A stretch of 32,000 nucleotides of DNA from Promethearchaeia archaeon (GTDB lineage: Archaea > Asgardarchaeota > Lokiarchaeia > Sigyniarchaeales > SOKP01), in NCBI GenBank assembly GCA_046497275.1, contig JAWOFX010000050.1:1-32000 (forward strand), given 5' to 3'. Both the position numbers and the translations under genes were made by a program. Below are positions 16,995 to 26,312 of the stretch, piece after piece. The notes beneath the pieces were generated by a model that was not told the origin of the DNA, did no database searches, and was given only the letters and a program-made list of their open reading frames with translations. Numbering within the stretch: position 1 is the stretch's first letter; each line of letters starts with the position of its first letter.

Positions 16995-17195
16995 CTAAGC
17001 TTCCATAGATGCGGGTTCAGGATCTTTCTTATTAACAGCATTCTGATACTCTCCTTTAACCTCACTTAAATCAAGAGTCACTACTGTATGCCCAGAATGT
17101 TTTTTTTCAAATTCCTTTAACATAAAATTACTTTGTACGTTGCTTGGATGGATTGGAAGATATTCTTTACATTTAATACATGCTCTTACTCTCAA
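16995..17195 (-). CDS. Small putative zinc-binding protein (CxxC...HxxH)
   Basis: 66 aa with CIKC and HSGH; fills its own intergenic gap; AGGTGA 5 nt before the TTG start. Confidence 0.7.
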   Translation of the reverse strand: MRVRACIKCKEYLPIHPSNVQSNFMLKEFEKKHSGHTVVTLDLSEVKGEYQNAVNKKDPEPASMEA

Positions 17196-17200
17196 TTAAA

Positions 17201-17205
17201 TCACC
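17201..17205 (-). promoter_or_regulatory. Ribosome-binding site GGTGA
   Basis: GGTGA, 5-nt spacer, TTG at 17195. Confidence 0.65.
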
Positions 17206-17341
17206 TAAAACCTAATTAAGTTTTAAAAAAATTAGAAATATTTTAAACTAATCCTTAAAAATTATAAATTTTAAGTTCACCTTCTTATCTTGTAACGATA
17301 AAAAAAACATATTCTAAAGAAACTAGATTTATATATTTATT

Positions 17342-17740
17342 ATGAAAGGTTCTTATATACTTATTATTGAATTGGCTAAATCTCTTAAATTGAAAATAGG
17401 AGCTCTAGGTGAAATTGAGTTTTTTCCAGGATTTTATGCTTATATAGGTTCCGCGATGGGTAAAATTGGGTCTTCTACTTTACTTAATAGAGTTAAAAGA
17501 CATCTAAAAGCTCCCGCAGAAAAAAAATCTCACTGGCATATCGATTATCTCCTCAATGATGAAAATACTAATATTGTTAAAATATTACTCTGCCCTTGTA
17601 AAACAAAATTAGAATGTATTCTCGCTGATGAAATAAAAAATAATGCTGATGATTTAATTCTAGGATTTGGCTGTTCTGATTGTAAATGTGACACTCATCT
17701 ATTTTATTTTAAAGATTTTTATTTAAACCTATTATTTTAG
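17342..17740 (+). CDS. GIY-YIG (Uri) superfamily nuclease, DUF123 family
   Basis: KGSYILII, GFYAYIGSA, RVKRH, HWHIDYLL, EC.LA and FGCSDCKCDTHLF motifs. Confidence 0.9.
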   Translation: MKGSYILIIELAKSLKLKIGALGEIEFFPGFYAYIGSAMGKIGSSTLLNRVKRHLKAPAEKKSHWHIDYLLNDENTNIVKILLCPCKTKLECILADEIKNNADDLILGFGCSDCKCDTHLFYFKDFYLNLLF

Positions 17741-18235
17741 TAAAATAATGAGGGATATAAATAAAATAATTAACATTATTTCAGGAATAATTCCATATTT
17801 TTTATAGTTTAAATTTGGCAACCAAAAAAAGATTTTTTCACGGATTATATCAATTACATTAGAATGGATAAAATATTTCTCCCCCCAGTTTTCAATGTTT
17901 TCCTTTTTCTTCTTTCTATTTTGAATCGGTCTTAATATTGCCCAGTCCCATATATCAACTAAATTGGCAGATATAGCCCCAAGCCAATATGGAATGAAGA
18001 AATAAATAGCTGCTCCCAGAGAGGCAATAAGGATAATAATATGCCAGATTACCCAAAACTTATCTTCCTTATGAGCTTCTGGAGTATGATATGTAATTTT
18101 TGCTAAAGCATCAATAAAAAAATGAGAAAAAAATGAGAAGATTATTGTAAGGATAAAATTCCATGGGAAAATGAAATATTTGAAGCCCACTATCTGTAAA
18201 ACTACTCCAATTAATATATGAGTTATAGCTTCCAA
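17732..18235 (-). CDS. Hypothetical integral membrane protein
   Basis: 167-aa hydrophobic ORF with TH, SHFFID and DIWD polar motifs; 9-nt convergent overlap with the nuclease gene. Confidence 0.65.
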   Translation of the reverse strand: MEAITHILIGVVLQIVGFKYFIFPWNFILTIIFSFFSHFFIDALAKITYHTPEAHKEDKFWVIWHIIILIASLGAAIYFFIPYWLGAISANLVDIWDWAILRPIQNRKKKKENIENWGEKYFIHSNVIDIIREKIFFWLPNLNYKKYGIIPEIMLIILFISLIILLK

Positions 18236-18394
18236 AGTATTTTTTTTTAAAGAAATAATTTTTGATAAGATTGTTTATTACTTTAAATCTAAACTACTTG
18301 TTAAAAGTTTTAAAAATTTTTAAACCATTAGGATGAATTATTATTAAATAATAATAACAAGAAATAAAAAAAATAACACGAAAAGTGAAAAATT

Positions 18395-19336
18395 ATGGGA
18401 ATGTTAGATGGAAAAGTCGCAATAGTCACAGGTGCAGGACGCGGACTCGGAAAAGAAGAAGCGTTGGCAATGGCACGAGAAGGCTGTAATATTTTGATAA
18501 ACGATTTAGGCGCTTCCTTTGACGGTACTGGAAAAGAAACTAAAGTTGCGGATGAAGTCGCAGAAGAAATTAGGGCGCTTGGAGTAAAAGCTGCTGCAAA
18601 TTATGATTCTGTGACTGATTTCGATAAAGCGAAGGGTATGATTGATCAAGCTGTCTCTGAATTGGGAAGGCTTGATATTGTAGTAAATAACGCCGGTATT
18701 CTCAGGGATAGAATGCTTTTTAATATGTCTGAAGAAGAATTTGATGCAGTAATTGCCGTTCATTTAAAAGGTACCTTTAATATGATGAGACATGCTGCAG
18801 CCTATTTTAGGACACAAATTAAAGAAGGAAACATGAAAAAAAAATCAGGAAGAATTATCAACACGGCTTCCGATGCTGGGCTGCTGGGCAATATGGGACA
18901 AGCTAATTATGGCGCTGCCAAAGCAGGAATTGCGGCAATGACGAATATTGCATCGATGGAATTAAAAAAATATGCTACAGTAAATTGTATAGTTCCTATG
19001 GCTAGAACTCGGCTTACAACAGATGCTACTCCAAAAATGGCAGCAGTAATGAAAAAAAAGGACAAATCCGGTATGGATGTATTCCATCCCTCAAATGTAG
19101 CTCCTTTAATAGTTTATCTTGCTTCCAATAAGGCAAGAAGAATAAACGGAGAGGTTTTCCGTATTGCTGGTGATAAACTTTGGTTATTCCAAGGTTGGCA
19201 TACGATTAAAAGAATCGATAATAATGGAGATTCATTCACACCACAAACGATTGCTGAAAGAATGCCTGAATTAATGGAAGGGGCACCTGAGAAACCAAGT
19301 ATCATGGCTGTGGCAAGCGAATTACTTACAGAGTAG
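18395..19336 (+). CDS. SDR oxidoreductase resembling the MFE-2/HSD17B4 (3R)-hydroxyacyl-CoA dehydrogenase domain
   Basis: TGAGRGLG, INDLG, NNAGILRD, VHLKGTF, GQANYGAAKAG and ARTRLT motifs. Confidence 0.85.
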   Translation: MGMLDGKVAIVTGAGRGLGKEEALAMAREGCNILINDLGASFDGTGKETKVADEVAEEIRALGVKAAANYDSVTDFDKAKGMIDQAVSELGRLDIVVNNAGILRDRMLFNMSEEEFDAVIAVHLKGTFNMMRHAAAYFRTQIKEGNMKKKSGRIINTASDAGLLGNMGQANYGAAKAGIAAMTNIASMELKKYATVNCIVPMARTRLTTDATPKMAAVMKKKDKSGMDVFHPSNVAPLIVYLASNKARRINGEVFRIAGDKLWLFQGWHTIKRIDNNGDSFTPQTIAERMPELMEGAPEKPSIMAVASELLTE

Positions 19337-19418
19337 ATATTAAGGCTTATTTAATAATAACTTATCATTTATTTCTTTTTCTTCATATTTAAAAAACTTT
19401 TCTCTTATTCTAGGCTAT

Positions 19419-20501
19419 TCAAATCCATTTTTTATATCTAAAGAATGCCATCATTGATCCCGCGGCTATTATCATTGTTATAATCAAAAGTGGATAAGCG
19501 AATGGAAAAGCTAGTTCAGGCATGTATTTGAAATTCATTCCATAAAATCCTGCCAAAAATGACAATGGAATAAAAATTGTTGAGATTATAGTAAGCACTT
19601 TCATAACATCATTCATTTTATTGCTGACACTAGATAAATAAAGATCTAACATCCCTGTAATAATGTCCCGATAATTTTGTATTGATTCATTTATCCGGTA
19701 GACATGATCATAAAGATCACGTAAATAAACTTGTAGATAGTCATTAACTAATTTAGAGTCTTCTCGTTGGAATTGATTAACAACATCTCTCATGGGCCAT
19801 ATCGATTTCCTAAGGTCCATAACACTTTTCTTTAATTTATATATTGATTGTAAAACGCCTATTTCAGGATCTTTTACTAATCTATCTTCGATCTCCTCTA
19901 TATATTCCCCTATTAATTCTTGATCAAGAAAATAATGGTCAATAACAAGATCTAATAATGTATAAGCAAGATAATCAGACCCCATAGAACGTACCCTTCC
20001 CTTAGGTACTTTAATTCTATCTATTATTGGATCAAAAAGGTCTGTATTTTTTTCCTCAACAGATATAACATAATTAGAACCTATAATAATACTTATTTGA
20101 TCAGAAGTAAACTCATCTAATATTTCATCCCATATAATCAATTTTAATACTATAAATATATAATTTTCATAATTTTCATATTTCGGTCTTTGATTTGTAC
20201 TAATAATATCTTCAAGAACAAGTGGATGAAATTCCATTATGTTTCCTAATTTTTCAATCTTTTGCAGATTTTTTAATCCTGAAATCTTTATCCATCTAAG
20301 ATTAGATTTTTCAATCTTTTTTATATCGTCATTAAAATGTTTGATCTCTTTAATATTATATTCCTCCTTGTTAAAATCTATAACCATTATGGTTGTTTCT
20401 TCTAGCTTACTTTCAAGCGGATATGTTAAAGTTCCAGGAGGTTCTCCTATTTTTGTATACTTTTTGTGTTTTCTTAAGCGGTCATATATTTTTTTTGAAA
20501 T
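19419..20501 (-). CDS. corA: Magnesium/cobalt transporter CorA; true start uncertain (ATT at 20501 proposed, ORF-track ATG at 20387)
   Basis: HPLVLEDI..QRPK, MNDVMKVLT and YGMNF motifs. The reading frame stays open 38 codons upstream of the ATG and includes KIGEPPGTLTY. Confidence 0.9.
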   Translation of the reverse strand: MSKKIYDRLRKHKKYTKIGEPPGTLTYPLESKLEETTIMVIDFNKEEYNIKEIKHFNDDIKKIEKSNLRWIKISGLKNLQKIEKLGNIMEFHPLVLEDIISTNQRPKYENYENYIFIVLKLIIWDEILDEFTSDQISIIIGSNYVISVEEKNTDLFDPIIDRIKVPKGRVRSMGSDYLAYTLLDLVIDHYFLDQELIGEYIEEIEDRLVKDPEIGVLQSIYKLKKSVMDLRKSIWPMRDVVNQFQREDSKLVNDYLQVYLRDLYDHVYRINESIQNYRDIITGMLDLYLSSVSNKMNDVMKVLTIISTIFIPLSFLAGFYGMNFKYMPELAFPFAYPLLIITMIIAAGSMMAFFRYKKWI

Positions 20502-20507
20502 TTAATT

Positions 20508-20512
20508 TCACC
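20508..20512 (-). promoter_or_regulatory. Ribosome-binding site GGTGA upstream of corA
   Basis: GGTGA, 6-nt spacer, in-frame ATT at 20501. Confidence 0.5.
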
Positions 20513-20649
20513 AGAATATTGTTTTTTATGTATAATAGATTGAGATTGAGTAATTTATAAAATTTAGGTATTCATTTGAGATATAAATTAGATAAAAATT
20601 TATGATTTTTAGAAAAAAGGTTTTTAATTGTTATTGTAAAAAAATAAAT

Positions 20650-21615
20650 ATGGAAAAAAAATTCCAAATAACTTTAGCAATTTTTTTAACACTTTTAGGA
20701 ATACTTGCACTTCTTTATGGGGATCTAATATGGGAATTCTTTGGTTTAAGTTCACAATCACTATTAATAAATTCCATTATCATTAATATCTTTGTATATG
20801 TCCTAAGAACAATTATAGTTCGAATCGTAAGCTACGTATTAAAAACAAAAATAATCCGCTTTCTGATAAATTTTATTATAAATATTATTTGGATTATATT
20901 TGTTTTTGAATTAATCTACACTATAGAACCAACTTTAGGTGTCACTATTACTTCGTTCATAGTTGTTGCAGTTTCACTTACATTTAGAGATCGAATCAAT
21001 AATGTAGCTTCTGGGATATTGATTTTAGCATCTGAAACTTTTGATATTGGAGATCTTATAGAAGTGAATGGAATTCAAGGATTTGTTCAAGAAATTGATC
21101 TAAATTATACAAAAATAAGGGAATTAAACGGACTCATTACAGTATTACCTAATAGTAATATTTTCAATGCTGCAACGAAAAAATTTACTCAGAGACCATC
21201 AAAGAAACTAAAAAGTAAAAAAACTCAAGAAAAAGGATTCCATATAAAAGAATATGCCGATAAATTTACGAAAATTATATCCAAAGAAGAAAAATTAACT
21301 AGGTATATAAAAACAGTGGAGATCTTATCTAAATGGAACCCGGCTGAATTAGAGAATATTTTATCTGATATTTTTGACAGATATAAGGAAGTATTTGGTT
21401 TTAGACCATTTTATTACATAAATCAAACATTTATGAATCGATGCAATATTACCTTACAAATAGTCTCAAGAGAACCTCAATTAATTGCTCTGTATTATAA
21501 CGCCTTTTTAAGAGATGTGCTATTTATTTTATATCCAGAAAAGATTTTTATGGATTGGGACGGCGACAGACGAAATATTATTGATAGTATAGAAAAAAAA
21601 GGAGGGGTTGAATAA
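20650..21615 (+). CDS. MscS-family mechanosensitive channel protein (first of a tandem pair)
   Basis: NNVASG..FDIGDLIEVNGIQGFVQEIDL.YTKI....GL..VLPNS beta-domain signature. ATG 20650 preferred over 20602. Confidence 0.8.
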   Translation: MEKKFQITLAIFLTLLGILALLYGDLIWEFFGLSSQSLLINSIIINIFVYVLRTIIVRIVSYVLKTKIIRFLINFIINIIWIIFVFELIYTIEPTLGVTITSFIVVAVSLTFRDRINNVASGILILASETFDIGDLIEVNGIQGFVQEIDLNYTKIRELNGLITVLPNSNIFNAATKKFTQRPSKKLKSKKTQEKGFHIKEYADKFTKIISKEEKLTRYIKTVEILSKWNPAELENILSDIFDRYKEVFGFRPFYYINQTFMNRCNITLQIVSREPQLIALYYNAFLRDVLFILYPEKIFMDWDGDRRNIIDSIEKKGGVE

Positions 21616-22509
21616 ATGGCATTATTTAATACGGATCTCGAAGCATTTATTTATCTCGTTTTGATAGTAGTCGGTCTATTAATATTAAACGTAATAATAA
21701 AAGCGGTGACAAGTAGCAAAAGAGTTTCTGCAAAAACAAGAATAATTATCAAATTTTCTTTCAGCTTGATTTCACTTGCAATTATTTTATATTTCATCCT
21801 CAGCGGATTCCCTATAATATCTGAAATCCCTCAAACTTATGTTGCTATAATCACCAGTTCAGTGAGTACTGCTGTAGCATTTGCATCCAGTGGAATATTT
21901 GATAATGTTGTTTCTGGTTTAGCTTTATTAGCAATAAAACCATACGATTTAAATGACGTTATTAAATTGAAGGGTTTAATTGGTGTTGTGAGAGATTTGA
22001 AATTAACTAAAACAGTAATTGAAACATTTGATAATGTTAAAGTGCAAATTTCTAATAAGGATGTCATTAATACCGAATTAACCAATTATTCAATAAAGCT
22101 GGACAAAATTAAAAATTTTGTAGATTTTAAACGCGTAATTCATTATTCAGAAGATAATGAATTTCCCCCTATTGAATCAGAAGGTCTAAAGCAAGAGGAA
22201 TCATCATTGAAGAACATTTTTAATAAAACAATTCATAGAAAGGATAATCCAAAAATCCATAATTATATTTGGAAAATGGAATTTCCCTATGAACGATTTA
22301 GACTTGCATTGAAAAGGGTGGAAGAGATTTGCAAAAATTACGAAAAAAGATTTGATTTTAAACCAACTTATCATATTGATGGTTTTGGTAATTTTATTGA
22401 AGTGAGATTCCGAATCTTAACGACTGATTCCAAGAAAATTTTCAATATTCAACCAGAATTCGCTAATGAGATTTATAAAGTTGTCCATGAGATGTGGGAG
22501 AAAATTTAA
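21616..22509 (+). CDS. MscS-family mechanosensitive channel protein (second of a tandem pair)
   Basis: DNVVSG...KPYDLNDVI...GVV.DL.L..T.IETFDN..V.ISN signature; ATG directly abuts the upstream TAA. Confidence 0.8.
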   Translation: MALFNTDLEAFIYLVLIVVGLLILNVIIKAVTSSKRVSAKTRIIIKFSFSLISLAIILYFILSGFPIISEIPQTYVAIITSSVSTAVAFASSGIFDNVVSGLALLAIKPYDLNDVIKLKGLIGVVRDLKLTKTVIETFDNVKVQISNKDVINTELTNYSIKLDKIKNFVDFKRVIHYSEDNEFPPIESEGLKQEESSLKNIFNKTIHRKDNPKIHNYIWKMEFPYERFRLALKRVEEICKNYEKRFDFKPTYHIDGFGNFIEVRFRILTTDSKKIFNIQPEFANEIYKVVHEMWEKI

Positions 22510-22521
22510 TAATTCTTCCTA

Positions 22522-22530
22522 TTTTTTTTT
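22522..22530 (+). terminator. Possible oligo-T terminator after the MscS pair
   Basis: T9 run 12 nt after the stop codon. Confidence 0.35.
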
Positions 22531-22648
22531 CTATAATTTTTAATCATTTGACCAACCATATTACTATTCAAATACTTGATTTAACCAGAGATCAAACTTA
22601 AGTAGAATAATTTTTTAACTTCTAATTGTTATAAGAATGTGAAAAAAA

Positions 22649-23686
22649 ATGAATGAAAAAATACTTACATTTGGAGAAATAATGTTACGTCTTTCTCCTC
22701 CAAATTTTCAGCGATTTATTCAAGCTCGATCATTCGATGCAATTTATGGTGGCGGAGAAGCTAATGTAGCAGTTTCCTTAGCCAATCTTGGCCTACTTGT
22801 TGATTATGTGACGAAATTACCTAATAATAAATTGGGAGACGCCTGTATGAATTATTTGAGACAATTTGGTGTAAATACAACCAAAATCGTAAGAGGGGGA
22901 GATCGTTTAGGGATATATTTCTTAGAAAGGGGAGCTTCTATTCGTTCTAGCAATGTTATATACGACCGAGCAAATTCTTCAATTGCAACAGCTGAAATAC
23001 AAGACTTTGATTGGGATGAATTATTCGAAGATGTTCGATGGTTCCATTGGACTGGTATCACGCCTGCTATTTCTCAGAGCCTAGCTGATATTTGCCTTCA
23101 AGCAGTTAAAATCGCACAAGAAAAAAAATTAACAATCTCCTGTGATTTAAACTATCGAAGTAAATTATGGAACTATGGAAAATCCTGCAGTGAAGTGATG
23201 TCGGAACTTGTTAAATATTGCGATATTGCTGTGGGAAATGAAGAGGATTTTGAAAAAGTTTTTGAAATGACCCCTCCTGAAGTGGATGTTTCCTCGGGTA
23301 AAGTAGCAGCTCATAATTACAAATATGTCGTAGATGAATTTAAAGAACGTTATCCAAATATCCAAAAAATTGGCATTACATTGAGAGGTTCTATTTCGGC
23401 TTCCCATAATACATGGTCAGGACTCTTATATGATGGTCAAAAAATGTATACTTCTCCGGTATATGATATTGATTTTATTATAGATAGAGTTGGTGGGGGA
23501 GATTCTTTCAATGCAGGTTTAATTTATGGCTTATTAACTTTTAAAAATGATTTGCAGAAAGCTTTAAATTTTGCTGTGGGTGCATCTTGCCTAAAACATA
23601 GTATTGAAGGAGATTTTAATTTAGTCTCTAAAGAAGAAGTGCTCAAATTAATAAAAGGTGATGCATCGGGGCGAATCTCTCGTTAA
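22649..23686 (+). CDS. kdgK: PfkB-family sugar kinase, 2-keto-3-deoxygluconate kinase type
   Basis: FGEIMLRLSP, YGGGEANVA, YDRANS, HWTGITPA, DLNYRSKLW, GNEED, DRVGGGDSF and LKHSIEGD motifs. Confidence 0.85.
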   Translation: MNEKILTFGEIMLRLSPPNFQRFIQARSFDAIYGGGEANVAVSLANLGLLVDYVTKLPNNKLGDACMNYLRQFGVNTTKIVRGGDRLGIYFLERGASIRSSNVIYDRANSSIATAEIQDFDWDELFEDVRWFHWTGITPAISQSLADICLQAVKIAQEKKLTISCDLNYRSKLWNYGKSCSEVMSELVKYCDIAVGNEEDFEKVFEMTPPEVDVSSGKVAAHNYKYVVDEFKERYPNIQKIGITLRGSISASHNTWSGLLYDGQKMYTSPVYDIDFIIDRVGGGDSFNAGLIYGLLTFKNDLQKALNFAVGASCLKHSIEGDFNLVSKEEVLKLIKGDASGRISR

Positions 23687-23776
23687 AAAATTTCTAATAA
23701 TTCGAATTTATTTCAAAAATTTCTTATTTTCTTATAGTTTCTTTTTAACTATAATTCTTAAAGTATGTGAGATTAG

Positions 23777-24574
23777 ATGGAAGATTATAATAAAATGATT
23801 TTAACTGCTACAACCGCAAATAGCTGGATTTATCCTGAATGCAAGAATTGGGCGGAAACATTAGATGATCTCATTGAGGATGTTGTTCAATGTTATAAGG
23901 CAGGAGCAACAATTGCTCACGTCCATTTACCCAGAAGTGAGGAAATCGAAACAGTTAAAAGAATACGAGAGAGGTGTGATATATTAATTCAAGCAGGAAT
24001 GTCAAGTGATAGCATTCCAGAAAGACAAGGGGATATTGAAGCTAGACCTGATATGATGTCAATTATTCTCAATCATCATGATGAGCATTTTACTCAATTG
24101 AGTGTGAATAAACTTCATCCTCTTGATGAATTAAAAGAATATTGCGAAATTTGTAGAAATTATGGCATTAAACCCGAATGGGAAGTATGGCATACAGGGT
24201 CTTTTTGGAATTTGAATTATTTAATCAATAAAAATATAGTAGAATCTCCCCACATCTTAACCTTGTTTTTTAACTGGCCCGGAGGCACTTGGTCTCCCCC
24301 AACAGCCGATGAATATCTACATCGAATAAAATATATGCCAGAAAATTCTGTTCATACCGTAAGTATTATGGGCGATCAACAAACAAAAATCGCAACTTTA
24401 GCAATATCTAAAGGTGGAAATGTGAGAGTAGGTACCGAAGATTATCCTTATATTAAAAAAGGCATACCAGCTAAAAATAATGCGGAAATAGTAAAAAGGA
24501 TGAAGAAAATAAGCGAGGAAATGGGTCGAGAAGTAGCAACTCCTTCAGAAGGAAGAGAAATCTTAGGATTATAG
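23777..24574 (+). CDS. Beta-keto acid cleavage enzyme (BKACE/DUF849, Kce family), divergent
   Basis: AGATIAHVH, KPEWEVW, GGNVRVGTED and GREVATPSE.REILGL motifs. Confidence 0.85.
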   Translation: MEDYNKMILTATTANSWIYPECKNWAETLDDLIEDVVQCYKAGATIAHVHLPRSEEIETVKRIRERCDILIQAGMSSDSIPERQGDIEARPDMMSIILNHHDEHFTQLSVNKLHPLDELKEYCEICRNYGIKPEWEVWHTGSFWNLNYLINKNIVESPHILTLFFNWPGGTWSPPTADEYLHRIKYMPENSVHTVSIMGDQQTKIATLAISKGGNVRVGTEDYPYIKKGIPAKNNAEIVKRMKKISEEMGREVATPSEGREILGL

Positions 24575-24618
24575 TATCAGATTATTTTAATATAATTTAA
24601 CAAGGTTAGATAGATAAA

Positions 24619-25365
24619 ATGGAGTTAAAAAATAAAGTAGCAATTATTACAGGATCAGGTGCTGGCATTGGAGAGGCTACCGCGAAACTATTTGCTGAAA
24701 ATGGAATTAAGGTGGTTTGTAATTCTTTATCAAAATCAGCGTTAAGGGTCGCAAATGAAATTAATAATAGTGGTGGAAAAGCAATATTCGTTCAAGCAGA
24801 TGTATCTAAAGAGGATGAAGCTAAAAAAATTATAGATCAAACTATTGAAAAATTTGGGGAGTTAGATATTTTATTTAATAATGCCGGGATTGTTCTACCA
24901 GGAAGTGTTGACAGAATTACCATAGAGGATTGGGATAAAACTATGGATGTTAATCTAAAAGGCATTTATTTGGTTTCAAAATATGCAATTCCACATCTTA
25001 AAAATTCAAAAGGGACAATTATCAATAATTCTTCCTCGGTTGCATTTACCGGAGTAAAGAATAGAGCTGCTTATACAGCCTCTAAAGGCGCGGTTCTCTC
25101 TTTAACAAGAGCAATGGCAGCTGATTATATTGATGATGGGATAAGAGTTAATGCAATTTGTCCCGGCACTACAGATACTCCTTCACTTGCTAGGAGGCTA
25201 AGCAAGTTTGATAATCCAGAAAAAGCTCGAAAAGATTTTATTGCAAGGCAGAAATTGGGACGTTTAGGGAAACCAGAGGAAATCGCAGAAGGAGTATTAT
25301 TTCTCGCAAAAAATGAATTTACAACTGGCGCAAGTTTGTCAATTGATGGCGGAATGACAATGTAA
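24619..25365 (+). CDS. SDR oxidoreductase, BDH2/DHRS6-like subgroup
   Basis: TGSGAGIG, NNAG, NRAAYTASK, NAICPGTTDTPSL and F..RQKLGRLGKPEEIA motifs. Confidence 0.85.
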   Translation: MELKNKVAIITGSGAGIGEATAKLFAENGIKVVCNSLSKSALRVANEINNSGGKAIFVQADVSKEDEAKKIIDQTIEKFGELDILFNNAGIVLPGSVDRITIEDWDKTMDVNLKGIYLVSKYAIPHLKNSKGTIINNSSSVAFTGVKNRAAYTASKGAVLSLTRAMAADYIDDGIRVNAICPGTTDTPSLARRLSKFDNPEKARKDFIARQKLGRLGKPEEIAEGVLFLAKNEFTTGASLSIDGGMTM

Positions 25366-25469
25366 TAGGTTAAATTATCCTATAGAGGTATTTTATATTT
25401 TAACTATTAATATTTTTCATTAAAACGAATAAATTTTGAAAATAGAAAAAAGAATTATTTTCAATTAAA

Positions 25470-26246
25470 TTAACGGGTTGTCCAACCCCCATCCATTCGT
25501 AAATCCGCTCCTGTCATATAAGAAGCATCATCAGTAGCCAAGAATAGTATTCCTGTTGCGATCTCTTCTGGTTTAGCCCACCTTCCTAAGACCCCCTCTT
25601 CTTCGAATTCTCTCTTAACAGTATCATAATCAACTCCTCGATCTTTAGCTTGTTTTGCTACATCGCTTTGAAGCATCGGAGTATCAGTTGCCCCTGGGGA
25701 AACACTATTTACTCGAACATTGTAAGGTGCCATATCTAATGCCAAAGCTTTAGTGAACCCCAATACTCCTGCCTTGGTTGAGCAGTAATTTGCATGATTT
25801 GCTTGACCAATATGAGCCGCCACTGAGGCGAGTGTTATAATTGATCCAAATTCTTGCTTTTTAAAATAAGGGATTGCATATTTACATGTATAATAAGTCC
25901 CTTTAAGATTTACATTTATTAACAAGTCATAATCTTCATCAGAAAATTCATCAATAGGTCCAACCCTCACCACTCCAGCATTCACAATTAAAACGTCAAT
26001 TTTTCCGTATTTTTCAATCGTGAATTGGATCATTTTCTTTACTTTTTTAGGTTCTCTCACGTCTACTTTCATGAATGAGACCCTCTCTTTAACTTTAGCA
26101 AGCAGATCATACGTTTCTTTTAATCCATTTTCATCAATATCTGAAATAACTAAAAATGCACCTTCATCTGCGAACAGCTTAGCTGTTGCTCTTCCAATTC
26201 CGGAAGCTGCCCCTGTTAAAACACAAACTTTATCTCTAACTCTCAT
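25470..26246 (-). CDS. SDR oxidoreductase (classical, NAD-type)
   Basis: TGAASGIG, NAGV, YCSTK, NSVSPGATDTPM and DGG motifs. Confidence 0.88.
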   Translation of the reverse strand: MRVRDKVCVLTGAASGIGRATAKLFADEGAFLVISDIDENGLKETYDLLAKVKERVSFMKVDVREPKKVKKMIQFTIEKYGKIDVLIVNAGVVRVGPIDEFSDEDYDLLINVNLKGTYYTCKYAIPYFKKQEFGSIITLASVAAHIGQANHANYCSTKAGVLGFTKALALDMAPYNVRVNSVSPGATDTPMLQSDVAKQAKDRGVDYDTVKREFEEEGVLGRWAKPEEIATGILFLATDDASYMTGADLRMDGGWTTR

Positions 26247-26312
26247 TTTTCAATTATTTTAAATTAATTCAAATAAATTTAACTTTAAATATAGATTATA
26301 AAAAAATATAAA

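Noticed and set aside
17342-18235. GIY-YIG nuclease plus membrane protein as a defence or homing module
   Set aside because: DUF123 proteins are ordinary stand-alone archaeal genes; the two genes are convergent and there is no intron or mobile context.
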